Shown here piece after piece: positions 39,353 through 48,755 of a stretch of DNA of 64,000 nt. Where the stretch lies: contig CBDFLQ010000007.1 in assembly GCA_965249275.1 (NCBI GenBank), forward strand, positions 672,001 through 736,000, given 5' to 3'. The translations under genes were made by a program, and so were the position numbers. The stretch is from Dehalococcoidia bacterium (lineage in GTDB: Bacteria > Chloroflexota > Dehalococcoidia > Plut-88900). The notes beneath the pieces are model-generated. The model was given only the letters and a program-made list of their open reading frames with translations. It ran no database searches and was not told the DNA's origin. Each line of letters opens with the position of its first letter. Within the stretch, counting starts at the first letter, position 1.

Positions 39353-40324
39353 ATGCAAAACTACGCGTACACATCGTCCCCCACCTTCATGGGCGCCCCC
39401 CTTGTAGGCCTCTCCGATGTCCAGCCGGGCATGACGGTGATCAGCGGCGCTCCGCATAGCCTCCGAGACCGCTTCGGCGAGAGGTACGGCCCCCGAGGCA
39501 TCCGCGAGCACTCCCTGCCCCTTGCCCAGAGTTTCGACCGCGCCGAAGAGGGTTTGATCGACGTGTCCACCGGGCGCACCCTCATCCGCCCCACCCAATC
39601 CCCCCTCGTAGACGTCGGCGACTTCAACAGTTACCCCTCCGACGTCATGAAAGCCACCGAGGGCATTGCCGGCGGCGTTTCGGAGGTGGTGATGAGGGGC
39701 GGATTCTCCGTCTGCCTGGGCGGCGACCACTACGTCGGTTACCCATCCTGCCTCGGATACACACGGGCCCTAAGCCAAATCAGGCCCAACGCCCGGGTCG
39801 GCTACATCCACATCGACGGCCACCTCGACTTCGCCGACTCCTACGGCCCCTACGGCAAGTACATGAATGGCACCAACGCCCGCCGAATCTCGGAGCTGGA
39901 CGCCATGGAACCCGCCAACATGGTTTTCATAGGCATCCAGGGCCCCTGCTACCTGGACCAGGTCGAGCTCATCCGCCGCTACGGAGGCACGATTTTCACC
40001 AGCGAGGACGTGGAGGAGATGGGCCCCGAGACCGTCGGACGCCGCGCCGCCGAGCTGGCCCTCAAGGGCTGTGACTCTATCTACATGAGCTTCGACATCG
40101 ACGTCATAGACGCCGGCTTCTCTGACGGCACAGGCTCAGTCACTATGGGGGCCATGACGGCATCCACCCTATTCCGCATCCTCGGGCCCCTGTCCGAATA
40201 TCCCATCGGCGCAATGGACCTTGTGGAGACCTCCCCACCCCTCGACGCCGGCAGCCGCACCCCCCGGTTCGCCGCCGAGGCCCTCGTCAAGCTAATCGCT
40301 CCAAGAATATTTGATATCTATTGA
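39353..40324 (+). CDS. Ureohydrolase (agmatinase-like) protein C, intact binuclear site
   Basis: GGDH, DGHLD, DIDVID, DLVE. Confidence 0.9.
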   Translation: MQNYAYTSSPTFMGAPLVGLSDVQPGMTVISGAPHSLRDRFGERYGPRGIREHSLPLAQSFDRAEEGLIDVSTGRTLIRPTQSPLVDVGDFNSYPSDVMKATEGIAGGVSEVVMRGGFSVCLGGDHYVGYPSCLGYTRALSQIRPNARVGYIHIDGHLDFADSYGPYGKYMNGTNARRISELDAMEPANMVFIGIQGPCYLDQVELIRRYGGTIFTSEDVEEMGPETVGRRAAELALKGCDSIYMSFDIDVIDAGFSDGTGSVTMGAMTASTLFRILGPLSEYPIGAMDLVETSPPLDAGSRTPRFAAEALVKLIAPRIFDIY

Positions 40325-40342
40325 GAACACGACCGACTCGGC

Positions 40343-40555
40343 ATGAAGAAGAGCGTAATCACTTGGCCCATGCTCCTGACGGGGTTAGTCCTGTTTTTCA
40401 TCGCGGGAATCGCGTTGTGGTTTCTCCACGACCTCTTCCACGACAGCATAGGCATATCCCTGTTATTGCTGTGGGTGGTGGCGGTCGTGGCATTTTGGGC
40501 TACCGTCCTGCTAATTGTGCTCAAGCTATTCAAGCAGATTTGGCAGAGAGTCTGA
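40343..40555 (+). CDS. Small two-TM membrane protein
   Basis: 70 aa with two hydrophobic stretches and basic termini; fills the gap in the operon. Confidence 0.6.
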   Translation: MKKSVITWPMLLTGLVLFFIAGIALWFLHDLFHDSIGISLLLLWVVAVVAFWATVLLIVLKLFKQIWQRV

Positions 40556-40577
40556 TGCTTAGAGTGACGAGGCCGTA

Positions 40578-41573
40578 ATGCCAATCCGCAGAGGCCCCAC
40601 ACCCAAGACCGGTGGGTTGCTCACCTTCATCGGTGCCCCGACGGGGACTATCGAGGAGCTGACACCCGGCATGTTCGGCGTATTCGGCGTGCCCTACGAT
40701 GTATCCGCCCCCGACCAGCTCGGCCCCCGACTCGCGCCCAAGGCCTATCGGGAAACCTCCACCTACTTCCAGATGATGACCGCCCAGGACGCGACTCTCG
40801 TCGAGATCAACTCCCGCCTTCCAACCGACACCAACCTCGTCCGCGACCGTGTCCGTGACCTGGGTGACCTCCCCGTATCCCACGTCGATTGGGAGATACT
40901 GTCTTTCACCCTTCGGGACGCAGCAAAACGCATCAGCAGCCAGGGCGCCGTGCCCATTGCCCTGGGCGGCGACCACTTCATCGCCTCCGCCTTGGCCCAG
41001 GGCTACCGGAAAGCAACCGGCGGACATATCGGTTATATCCAGCTCTCCAGCCGCCTGGACCTCGGCCTCCGAGACCCCGCTTGGGGAGACGTATGGCGCG
41101 GAGCCACAGTTCGCCGCCTCCTGGACTCGGGGACCGTCCACCCGAAGAACTTGGTATGGATCGGCGCAAACGGCTACATACCGCTCGACCAGTGGCAGAT
41201 TGCAAACAGACTGCCGGCTACTATGATCGACGCAGAGCAAGTCCGCCGCCGCGGCATCCCCAATGTAATAACCGAAGCCCTGGAACGGGCCTCCGACGGC
41301 TGCTCCGGCGTCTTCGTGGGCGTTGACATAGATGTCATGGACGGCGGTTACGTAGCCATGACCGGAACTCCCCGCTTCGACGGCCTCCGAAACGTGGACC
41401 TCTTCGAAGCTCTCACCCTCCTGGCCCGAGGCCCGGTTGGCGGCGTCAGCCTATGTGGCTTAAACCCTCTCATCGAGACCATGAGCCTGGCCAAAACAGG
41501 TCAGCGCTGCGGTGCAGAGATGCTGGTCCGTTTCATCGACGAGAAAATCAGAGTAGCCGAGGCCGCCAAGTGA
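40578..41573 (+). CDS. Ureohydrolase fold protein D, degenerate metal site (paralog of B)
   Basis: GGDH, QLSSRLDLG, WGDVWRGAT and DIDVMDGG match protein B. Confidence 0.88.
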   Translation: MPIRRGPTPKTGGLLTFIGAPTGTIEELTPGMFGVFGVPYDVSAPDQLGPRLAPKAYRETSTYFQMMTAQDATLVEINSRLPTDTNLVRDRVRDLGDLPVSHVDWEILSFTLRDAAKRISSQGAVPIALGGDHFIASALAQGYRKATGGHIGYIQLSSRLDLGLRDPAWGDVWRGATVRRLLDSGTVHPKNLVWIGANGYIPLDQWQIANRLPATMIDAEQVRRRGIPNVITEALERASDGCSGVFVGVDIDVMDGGYVAMTGTPRFDGLRNVDLFEALTLLARGPVGGVSLCGLNPLIETMSLAKTGQRCGAEMLVRFIDEKIRVAEAAK

Positions 41574-42571
41574 GTGAATTGCTGGAACACGTAGAAGACA
41601 TCGGCGCAGCCACCTTCCTTGGCTCGCCCTACGTTGCCCTGGACAAAGTTGAGCGCGGGATGGTCGTCATCGGCGGAGCCCCCCACGACAGCACCCACAC
41701 CAGCCGCTTCGGCACCAGAATGGGCCCCCGAGGCATCAGGGAAGGCTCCCTCGCCATGGCCGACCGCATAAGCAGCGCAGGCCCCGACGGCATCCTTGAA
41801 GTCACATCCGGCAACCGGCTCACCACCCCCGCTTCCAACCGACTCGTAGACGTAGGCGACTACAACGTCTACCCATCCGACGTGATGAAGTCCACCGAGG
41901 GCATAGCCGGTGGAGTGGCAGAGGTGGTGCGTCGGGGCGGCTTTTCCGTCTGCCTGGGCGGCGACCACTACGTCGGCTACCCATCCTGTCTAGGCTACAC
42001 CCGAGCCGTCTCCGAGATGTCTCCGAAACCCAAGATTGGCTACATCCACATCGACGGCCACCTCGACTTCCGAGACGACACCCCCGTCTGGGGCAAGTAC
42101 AACCACGGCACCAACGCCCGCCGCATATCCGAGCTCGACCTCGTCAGCCCTTCCAACATGGTCTGGATCGGCATTCAGGGCTGGTCGGACGAGGAGCCCA
42201 TCAGTGCTATCGACTCCCAGGGAGGCCTCATCTTCACCGCCGCCGACGTTCTAAGGATTGGCCCCGAAGAGGTAGCCCGACGCGCAGGCGAGCGCGCTGC
42301 CGCCGGATGCGACTTCATCTATATGTCCGTCGACATCGACTTTATAGACACTGGCTTCTTCCCAGCCACCGGCTCCGTGGTCAACGACGCCATCACCCCC
42401 GACATCATGGCTACTATCCTTCGCGTCCTCTCTGCCTACCCAATAGGCGCCATGGATCTCGTCGAGGTATCTCCCCGCATCGACCCCTCAGGCCGTTCCA
42501 TGATTATGTCCACCGACCTCCTTCTCGCCCACGTGGCCCCCCGCATCTTCGACATTGCGCCAATGGGCTGA
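41570..42571 (+). CDS. Ureohydrolase (agmatinase-like) protein E, intact site (paralog of C)
   Basis: GTG overlaps the D stop (GTGA); GGDHYVGYPSC, DGHLD, NHGT, DIDFID, DLVEVSP. Confidence 0.9.
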   Translation: MSELLEHVEDIGAATFLGSPYVALDKVERGMVVIGGAPHDSTHTSRFGTRMGPRGIREGSLAMADRISSAGPDGILEVTSGNRLTTPASNRLVDVGDYNVYPSDVMKSTEGIAGGVAEVVRRGGFSVCLGGDHYVGYPSCLGYTRAVSEMSPKPKIGYIHIDGHLDFRDDTPVWGKYNHGTNARRISELDLVSPSNMVWIGIQGWSDEEPISAIDSQGGLIFTAADVLRIGPEEVARRAGERAAAGCDFIYMSVDIDFIDTGFFPATGSVVNDAITPDIMATILRVLSAYPIGAMDLVEVSPRIDPSGRSMIMSTDLLLAHVAPRIFDIAPMG

Positions 42572-42592
42572 CTCGCGTTAGGCCTCTTTTTT

Positions 42593-43270
42593 ATGGGTAT
42601 CCTTGATAAAATCCGGGGCCTCAGTTGGGTTGTAGGCTCCCGAAAGGGCGAAAAAGCCGTCAAAGAGGGGCGCTGGGAAGATGCCCTGGTTCACCTTGAT
42701 GAAGCCCTCGCCCTTAACTCAAAGGATGCCCACGCCTACTTCTACCGAGGTCTCGCCCACGGCGGGCTCGGCAACCTGAACGCCGCAATCCGGGACCTGA
42801 ACTCGGCCAAAAAGTTCGGCCCGCAAGACAGCGCTCTCCTCAGCAACCTCGGCACCTGCTACCTCAGGAAAGGGCATTTTTCCGCCGCGCTCAAGGAATA
42901 CAAGAAGGCCCTGAAAATAAATCCAAAGGACGCCCGAGCCCTGCTTAACGTAGGAATCGTCTATGCCAAACAGGCGGAAACAGCTCCGCCCAGGTCCGAG
43001 CCAAGGCTCACCGCCCGAGCCCTCGAGTCCCTGGACAAGGCCATTATCAGCGATCCAAATCTCCCGGAGGCCTACCACGAGAGGGCACTGCTCCTCGCCG
43101 ACAAAGACCGTCTGAACGAGGCCATAGAAGACCTAACTCGCGCAATCAACATGGACAATTCCTACACCGAAGCCTACCAAGACCGTGAAAGTCTTTACCG
43201 CCGGCTCGACAAGAGTGAAAAGGCGGGTGCGGACAAATCCACCCCTCGGGAGTTGGACCCCGGAACTTAG
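42593..43270 (+). CDS. Tetratricopeptide repeat protein
   Basis: Repeated A-Y/L-x2-G/A...A-x6-A-L-x3-P TPR pattern. Confidence 0.88.
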   Translation: MGILDKIRGLSWVVGSRKGEKAVKEGRWEDALVHLDEALALNSKDAHAYFYRGLAHGGLGNLNAAIRDLNSAKKFGPQDSALLSNLGTCYLRKGHFSAALKEYKKALKINPKDARALLNVGIVYAKQAETAPPRSEPRLTARALESLDKAIISDPNLPEAYHERALLLADKDRLNEAIEDLTRAINMDNSYTEAYQDRESLYRRLDKSEKAGADKSTPRELDPGT

Positions 43271-43288
43271 CCGAGGCTCACCCGACCC

Positions 43289-44842
43289 CTACGCCTTCCC
43301 GTACTCCTCCCTTAACACACGCTTCAGCACTTTCCCCAATGGGTTACGGGGCAGCGAGTCGACGAAAATCACCGATTCCGGCTTCTTGAAGCTGGCCAGC
43401 TGGCCTCTGCAATGCTCGATTATGTCTGCTTCGGAGGCCTGAGCCCCGGCCTTTAGTGCCACTATCGCACGGACCGTTTCACCCCACTGCGGATCGGGCA
43501 CCCCGATAACCGCCGCCTCGTCGATGGCCGGATGCGAGTGCAGTGTCGCCTCCACCTGCTCCGGTGAGATGTTCTCCCCGGCCCGGATGATGATGTCTTT
43601 CGCCCGACCCGACAAGAAGATATACCCGGCCTCGTCCATGTAACCGATGTCCCCGGTATACAACCAGCCGTTACGGATTGTGTTGTTAGTTGCCTCGTCA
43701 GCCTTCCAGTAGCCCTTCATAACCCTCGGCCCCCGAGCCACGATCTCCCCAACCTCGTCCACCGGCTGCTCGCTCCCGTCCTCGTCGAATATCTTCACTT
43801 CCGTGTCACCCAGTGCTCGCCCTATGGACCCCAGCCTCTTCAGTTTGATCGCCCTCTCCCCCGGCGAACCCTCGATAACGTGGTCCTCCGGAGTCAGCAT
43901 CGTAATCGTAGACGCCGATTCCGTCTGCCCAAAGGCATTGATAAACCTCGTGCCGGGAAACACCTCGATAGCTTTTGTTATCACTTCCACGGGCATGGGG
44001 GCCGCGCCGTAGGTGATGACTTGCAAGCTGCTCAGGTTACGCTCGGGGAATTCTTCGTGTTCCATTAGCTGCTTAAGCATGGTCGGCACCATCATGGCCC
44101 GGGTCACGCTCTCCGACTCCACCAGCGTCATCCAGTCGCTCGGCTCAAACTGTCGCTGTACGACCAGGGTCCGGCCTCCATACACTGCGGCCAGCACCGC
44201 CTGCATTCCTGCTATGTGATACAAGGGCACGGTGAGAATGTTCTTCTCTTCGATATCCGGGTCGGCGGGGCTCACGTTGTTTAGCACGTAGGTCGCCAGG
44301 TTGTCGTGGGTCAACATCACACCTTTGGGCTGACCCGTAGTACCGGCGGTAAACATCAGGATGGAAGTGTCGTTGTCGTCTATGTCCGTGAACACCTCTT
44401 CGGGGTCCGCCTCGGCGATGACCGACTCATAGTCCAGCATTCCTTCCGCCGGCCCCTCCACCGATACCAAATTCTTCATTCCCGGAATCTGTTCTCGCAT
44501 CGAATTAATCATTTTGACGTAGCGCTGCCCCAAAAATAGCGCCGAGGCTTCCGAGAAATTGATCATGAACTCCAGCTCTTCGGCCCTGGCGCGGAAGTTG
44601 AGGGGCACGTAAGTCGCTCCCAGCTTCGCCGTTGCGAAGTAGACCTCAATGCATTCGTTGCAGTTGACCTGCAGCATTCCCACCTTGTCTCCCTGCCCCA
44701 CACCCATCCCCGCAAGCGCATTGGCCAGCCGGTTAGACCGATCAGCCAGGTCTGAGAAACTCCACCTGTTCCCTTCGAATATGATCGCTTCCCGGTCGGG
44801 ACATATGGAACTGGAGATAAGAAGAAATTCAGGCGTGTTCAT
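43289..44842 (-). CDS. Long-chain fatty-acid--CoA ligase (AMP-binding)
   Basis: FTAGTTGQPKG, FGQTE, GWLYTGD, GRAKD, LPRNPLGK. Confidence 0.93.
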   Translation of the reverse strand: MNTPEFLLISSSICPDREAIIFEGNRWSFSDLADRSNRLANALAGMGVGQGDKVGMLQVNCNECIEVYFATAKLGATYVPLNFRARAEELEFMINFSEASALFLGQRYVKMINSMREQIPGMKNLVSVEGPAEGMLDYESVIAEADPEEVFTDIDDNDTSILMFTAGTTGQPKGVMLTHDNLATYVLNNVSPADPDIEEKNILTVPLYHIAGMQAVLAAVYGGRTLVVQRQFEPSDWMTLVESESVTRAMMVPTMLKQLMEHEEFPERNLSSLQVITYGAAPMPVEVITKAIEVFPGTRFINAFGQTESASTITMLTPEDHVIEGSPGERAIKLKRLGSIGRALGDTEVKIFDEDGSEQPVDEVGEIVARGPRVMKGYWKADEATNNTIRNGWLYTGDIGYMDEAGYIFLSGRAKDIIIRAGENISPEQVEATLHSHPAIDEAAVIGVPDPQWGETVRAIVALKAGAQASEADIIEHCRGQLASFKKPESVIFVDSLPRNPLGKVLKRVLREEYGKA

Positions 44843-44900
44843 TCAAGCGTTCCCCTGTTTTCTAGGCTATGGGCCAATATTCTATCGCGCCCTTCAAGGA

Positions 44901-45647
44901 TTATCTATCGTTGACTCGCAGCAGCTCTCGGGCCAGCCCGACTTCCACCCCCAACCCCTCCCATAACGGCATGTCTAAACCCCGACGCATGGCTGCCTTC
45001 GCCGACCCAAGAGCCTCGGCCCCCGAGTTTAAGAACCCCAGGACCATCTCCTCACATCGCGCCGAAAGCCCGCCCTCCGGCGTAATTTCGCTGATTAGGC
45101 CCATCGAAAGGGCCCGCGTCGCGTTCATCCGCTCCGCTGTTAGTAAGGCCCATAGCGCCGCCCCCGAGCCCACGGTTCTTGGCAGAGTCTGAGTCGCCCC
45201 CGCCGCCGGGATGAACCCCAGCGAAGTCTCGGGCAATCCGAATATCGCATTCGGCGCCGCAATTCTTATGTCGCAGCAAAGAGCAAGCTCCAGCCCGGAC
45301 CCAAAAACGTACCCATGAAGAGCGGCTATCGTCGGTATTGGCAGGTCCATCAGCAACCCCCACACGTCCCGCTCCCACCGCACCTGCCGCGCAATCCTCT
45401 GCGACGGCGCAGTCCCGAACTCCGTGAGGTCCGCCCCCGCACAGAACGCCCTATCCCCCGCCCCCGAGATTACCAGTGCCCTCACATCCGGGTCGAGAGA
45501 GACCGCGGTCAACGCCTCGTACACGTCGTCCCGCATCTGCACATTGTACGCGTTAAGGACCCGTGGCCTGTTCAGCACGATCCGGGCCAAGGGCCCCTGC
45601 CTTTCGTAGATTACAGTCTCGAAGCTGCTCATGGAGTCGCTATTCAC
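44901..45647 (-). CDS. Enoyl-CoA hydratase/isomerase family protein
   Basis: AFCAGADL, GSGLELALCCD, FGLPE; start may be ATG 45632. Confidence 0.92.
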   Translation of the reverse strand: MNSDSMSSFETVIYERQGPLARIVLNRPRVLNAYNVQMRDDVYEALTAVSLDPDVRALVISGAGDRAFCAGADLTEFGTAPSQRIARQVRWERDVWGLLMDLPIPTIAALHGYVFGSGLELALCCDIRIAAPNAIFGLPETSLGFIPAAGATQTLPRTVGSGAALWALLTAERMNATRALSMGLISEITPEGGLSARCEEMVLGFLNSGAEALGSAKAAMRRGLDMPLWEGLGVEVGLARELLRVNDR

Positions 45648-46404
45648 CGTGGAACTCGGGCTTTCGCTTCTCCAGGAACGACCTTATCCCCTCGGCCCGG
45701 TCCGCCGTCGACTGCAGGATTACCGTCAGGTCCTGCTCCAGCCTGAGGCCTTGGTCCAGAGTCATGTCCATGCCCTTGCCTATGGTTTCCTTGGCATATT
45801 CCAGCGCCACCGGAGCATGTCCCGCTATCTTATGCGCTAGGCCCAGGGCCTCGTCTTGGAGAGTGTCTTTAGCGAACACGGCATGTACCAGTCCCATGCC
45901 GAGGGCCTCCTCGGCTCCCACCGTCATCCCTGTCAAAACCATCGCCGCCCCCCGCCCCCTCCCGACCAGCCTTGGAAGCCGCTGCGTTCCCCCGTCCCAG
46001 GGCATCATCCCAAACCGGATCTGGTCCATTGCAATTACTGCCTCGTCGGATGCCACACGCAGATCGCATGCAAGAGCCAGCTCCAGCCCCAAACCTGATG
46101 CGTCCCCGTTTATCGCCGCGATGACCGGCATCGGCAGCCGAGCAATATGCCCCGAAGCTCCGATCATCCCCTCCCCACCCCCCTCTCGCAACTCCCTCAC
46201 CGCCTCTTCCGTCCCTCCGGAGAACATTGACCCCTCCCCCCTCACCACCACCACCCGAACGCTTCCCCCATCCACAATAGATTCACATGCCGCGCTCAAG
46301 TCCTCGGACATCTGCGCGTTCACGCGGTTCGACGCATCGTCCCCCTTCAATGTAACTAGGGCGACGGAGCCATTTAGTTGGAGGTTTATGTAACGGTATC
46401 GCAT
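45640..46404 (-). CDS. Enoyl-CoA hydratase/isomerase family protein
   Basis: IAAING, GLELALACD, GGTQRLPRLVG, FLEKRKP; the second catalytic Glu appears replaced (MDQ). Confidence 0.9.
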   Translation of the reverse strand: MRYRYINLQLNGSVALVTLKGDDASNRVNAQMSEDLSAACESIVDGGSVRVVVVRGEGSMFSGGTEEAVRELREGGGEGMIGASGHIARLPMPVIAAINGDASGLGLELALACDLRVASDEAVIAMDQIRFGMMPWDGGTQRLPRLVGRGRGAAMVLTGMTVGAEEALGMGLVHAVFAKDTLQDEALGLAHKIAGHAPVALEYAKETIGKGMDMTLDQGLRLEQDLTVILQSTADRAEGIRSFLEKRKPEFHGE

Positions 46405-46559
46405 CCTGAGAGCTCCAGCAGTTCGATGCCGGATGGATTGGGCGATTTTAGCACAGGGCTCGGGCCCAATGGCCTCGTTTCACCATCACTCTTCATTCAT
46501 GGACGCAAATATCCGGCTATGCTAAGCTTGACCTTCCAAAAGACCAGTAAACAGGGGGT

Positions 46560-47720
46560 GTGCCCTTGCAATTCGGATATTTTTCCGTTCTAGATAACCC
46601 TAGACTTGAAATTCCCTATAACCAGATCCTGACCGAGCTTTCCGAACAGACCCAAGCCGTCGAGCAGGCTGGATTCAACGGCGTGTGGCTCGGAGAACAT
46701 CACTTCGGAGGAGAGGGATATGACTGCATCCCCAACCCGCTGATGATTCTCTCCCACCTCGCTGCTCAGACCACCACCATCCGGCTGGGCCTTGCCGCCG
46801 TAATAGTACCCCAGTGGCACCCTCTCCGAATCGCCGAAGATGTCGCCATGCTCGACCAGCTAAGCGGCGGCCGCGTCGAGTGCGGTGTCGGACGAGGCAT
46901 CTTCCCCAGGGAACTCACCAACCTCAACATCGACGCCGACCGCCGCAATGACGCGAAGAACTGGCGTCTCTTCACCGAAACCGTAGAGATCATGAAACGG
47001 GCCTGGACCGAAGACCCCTTCACCTGGGACGGGGAGTTTTACAAGTTCCCCCATACCGGCGTCCAGGACAGCCACTCCTGGCTTCCCAGGGACCCGAGAT
47101 ACCGCTCCAAGACGGGCGAGTACATAGGCATGTCGATTCAGCCCAAACCCCTCCAGACTCCCACCCCTCCACTCTGGAACGTAGTCGACAAGACTCCCGG
47201 TTTTGTCGTCGCCGCCGAGCTCGGACTCAAGCCCATGACCTGGCTCCGCGCCCGCAACGGTCTCCGAGAGGCCTTCTCCACCTACCAGGAGGCCGCGACA
47301 CGCATCAACGGCCGGCCCATGGCTCTCGGTGAAGACTGCGCCCTTCTCCGCACCACCTTCGTCGCCGAGACCATGGAAGAGGCCCGCAGAATCGCCGAAG
47401 GACCTCTCAACCAGCTCTGCAAATATGTAGGGGGCGTCCGTGCCCGTTCCATCTACCTGGACCCGGGCGAAGAGCTTACCGACGAAGACAAAGCCAAGCC
47501 GTGGTTCGACTTCCTGATGGACAAGGACCACATTCTCATCGGCGACCCGGAGTTCGTCGCCGAGAAGATCCGGGGCATTGGGCGGGAGTACCAGCTTGAG
47601 AGCCTGTTAACCCTCATGGCTATGCCCGGCCTGGACCATCGCGACGTGATGCGCTCCATTGAGCTCTTCGCCGAGAAGGTCATTCCCCTCGTCGAGGCTC
47701 CACAGGCCGCCGTAGGTTAG
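46560..47720 (+). CDS. LLM-class flavin-dependent oxidoreductase (luciferase-like)
   Basis: WLGEHHF, HPLRIAEDVAMLD, GRVECGVGRG, PKPLQ. Confidence 0.9.
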   Translation: MPLQFGYFSVLDNPRLEIPYNQILTELSEQTQAVEQAGFNGVWLGEHHFGGEGYDCIPNPLMILSHLAAQTTTIRLGLAAVIVPQWHPLRIAEDVAMLDQLSGGRVECGVGRGIFPRELTNLNIDADRRNDAKNWRLFTETVEIMKRAWTEDPFTWDGEFYKFPHTGVQDSHSWLPRDPRYRSKTGEYIGMSIQPKPLQTPTPPLWNVVDKTPGFVVAAELGLKPMTWLRARNGLREAFSTYQEAATRINGRPMALGEDCALLRTTFVAETMEEARRIAEGPLNQLCKYVGGVRARSIYLDPGEELTDEDKAKPWFDFLMDKDHILIGDPEFVAEKIRGIGREYQLESLLTLMAMPGLDHRDVMRSIELFAEKVIPLVEAPQAAVG

Positions 47721-47730
47721 TGCGGCCGCG

Positions 47731-48441
47731 TTAGCCGAGCATCTCCAGCGCTTCCACGTGGCTCATGGATACGCACGTAAAAATAGGCGTGTCGCTAAGG
47801 GTGTAGGAGCTTGCCTCCGTCCCGCGCAGCTCCATCACTAGGTCCAGAAAGTCGGAGGGGCTGTCTGTTTCGAAGGACACCATGAACTCCTGGTCGTCCA
47901 GCCCGAAGGAATAGCTGGTATTTATCTTCACCGAAGGGTACTTGTGTCCCATGGTGATGTGGGAGTCCATCATCCGCTGCCGCGTTGCCTTCTCCAGGGC
48001 GTACCAGGCCCGAGTCTTCACGAACGGATAGACGAACAGGTACTTCGCCTCAGTCGGCCTGATCCTTAGCCTGCTTCCCTCTTGTCCCGGGTGCCGGTGC
48101 TTATCCGAGTATATCGACTTCCGGGTCATCGCAAGGTAGGAATACGGCGTCTCCAGGTGGCAACCCAGGCCCGTCGAAAGTAATGCCGAGGTCAGCTGCT
48201 GAATCGGCTCCAGCTGATCGCATGCGTTCCAGATCAGCAGGTCTGCATCTCCCCTGGTCCCGACGGTGCTGTAGCTCTTCACCATCATCCTGTCCGAAAA
48301 CTCGTCGAGAATCGCCAGGAACTGTCCCCTGCCCTGTGACTTTTCACCATCGGAAAGCCCGCGCCAAGACCTGTCGGCCTTGAAGAACGTGTATTTAACA
48401 TACGATCTGCCGCTATTACTATCGCTCACAATATCTCCCAT
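47731..48441 (-). CDS. Chlorite dismutase / coproheme decarboxylase (HemQ/ChdC) family protein
   Basis: YSTVGTRGDAD, VYPFVKTRAWY, proximal His in MMDSHITMG, SFGLDDQEF. Confidence 0.85.
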   Translation of the reverse strand: MGDIVSDSNSGRSYVKYTFFKADRSWRGLSDGEKSQGRGQFLAILDEFSDRMMVKSYSTVGTRGDADLLIWNACDQLEPIQQLTSALLSTGLGCHLETPYSYLAMTRKSIYSDKHRHPGQEGSRLRIRPTEAKYLFVYPFVKTRAWYALEKATRQRMMDSHITMGHKYPSVKINTSYSFGLDDQEFMVSFETDSPSDFLDLVMELRGTEASSYTLSDTPIFTCVSMSHVEALEMLG

Positions 48442-48465
48442 CTATCTGTGCTGGCCCTCTCCCCC

Positions 48466-48635
48466 GTAGGGGCGGTTCGCGAACCGCCCGATGTCCCGCA
48501 CTGACGCTGCGCGAACCACCCGACTAGCCCCCCGTAGGGGCGGTTCGTGAACCGCCCGACGCCCCACTCTCACCCTGTCTAAGGGTTGTGTGGCGGTGGG
48601 GCCGCTCACCCTGAGGCCCTCGAAGGGTCGAGCGG
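48466..48635. repeat. Two GTAG-type REP palindromes (48466-48489, 48534-48557) plus a family C element (48598-48635)
   Basis: GTAGGGGCGGTTCG(C/T)GAACCGCCC twice; GGGGCCGCTCACCCTGAGGCCCTCGAAGGGTCGAGCGG. Confidence 0.85.
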
Positions 48636-48755
48636 TGGGGGATCGCTTTGTGTTGAGCGTCGCGCGCCTCACCCGCTGACAACGTTCGCAAAATGCCCTC
48701 ATTACTACCCGCAATTCTACACATCTCACCGCCCCCCGACCAAACCATCCCCGGC

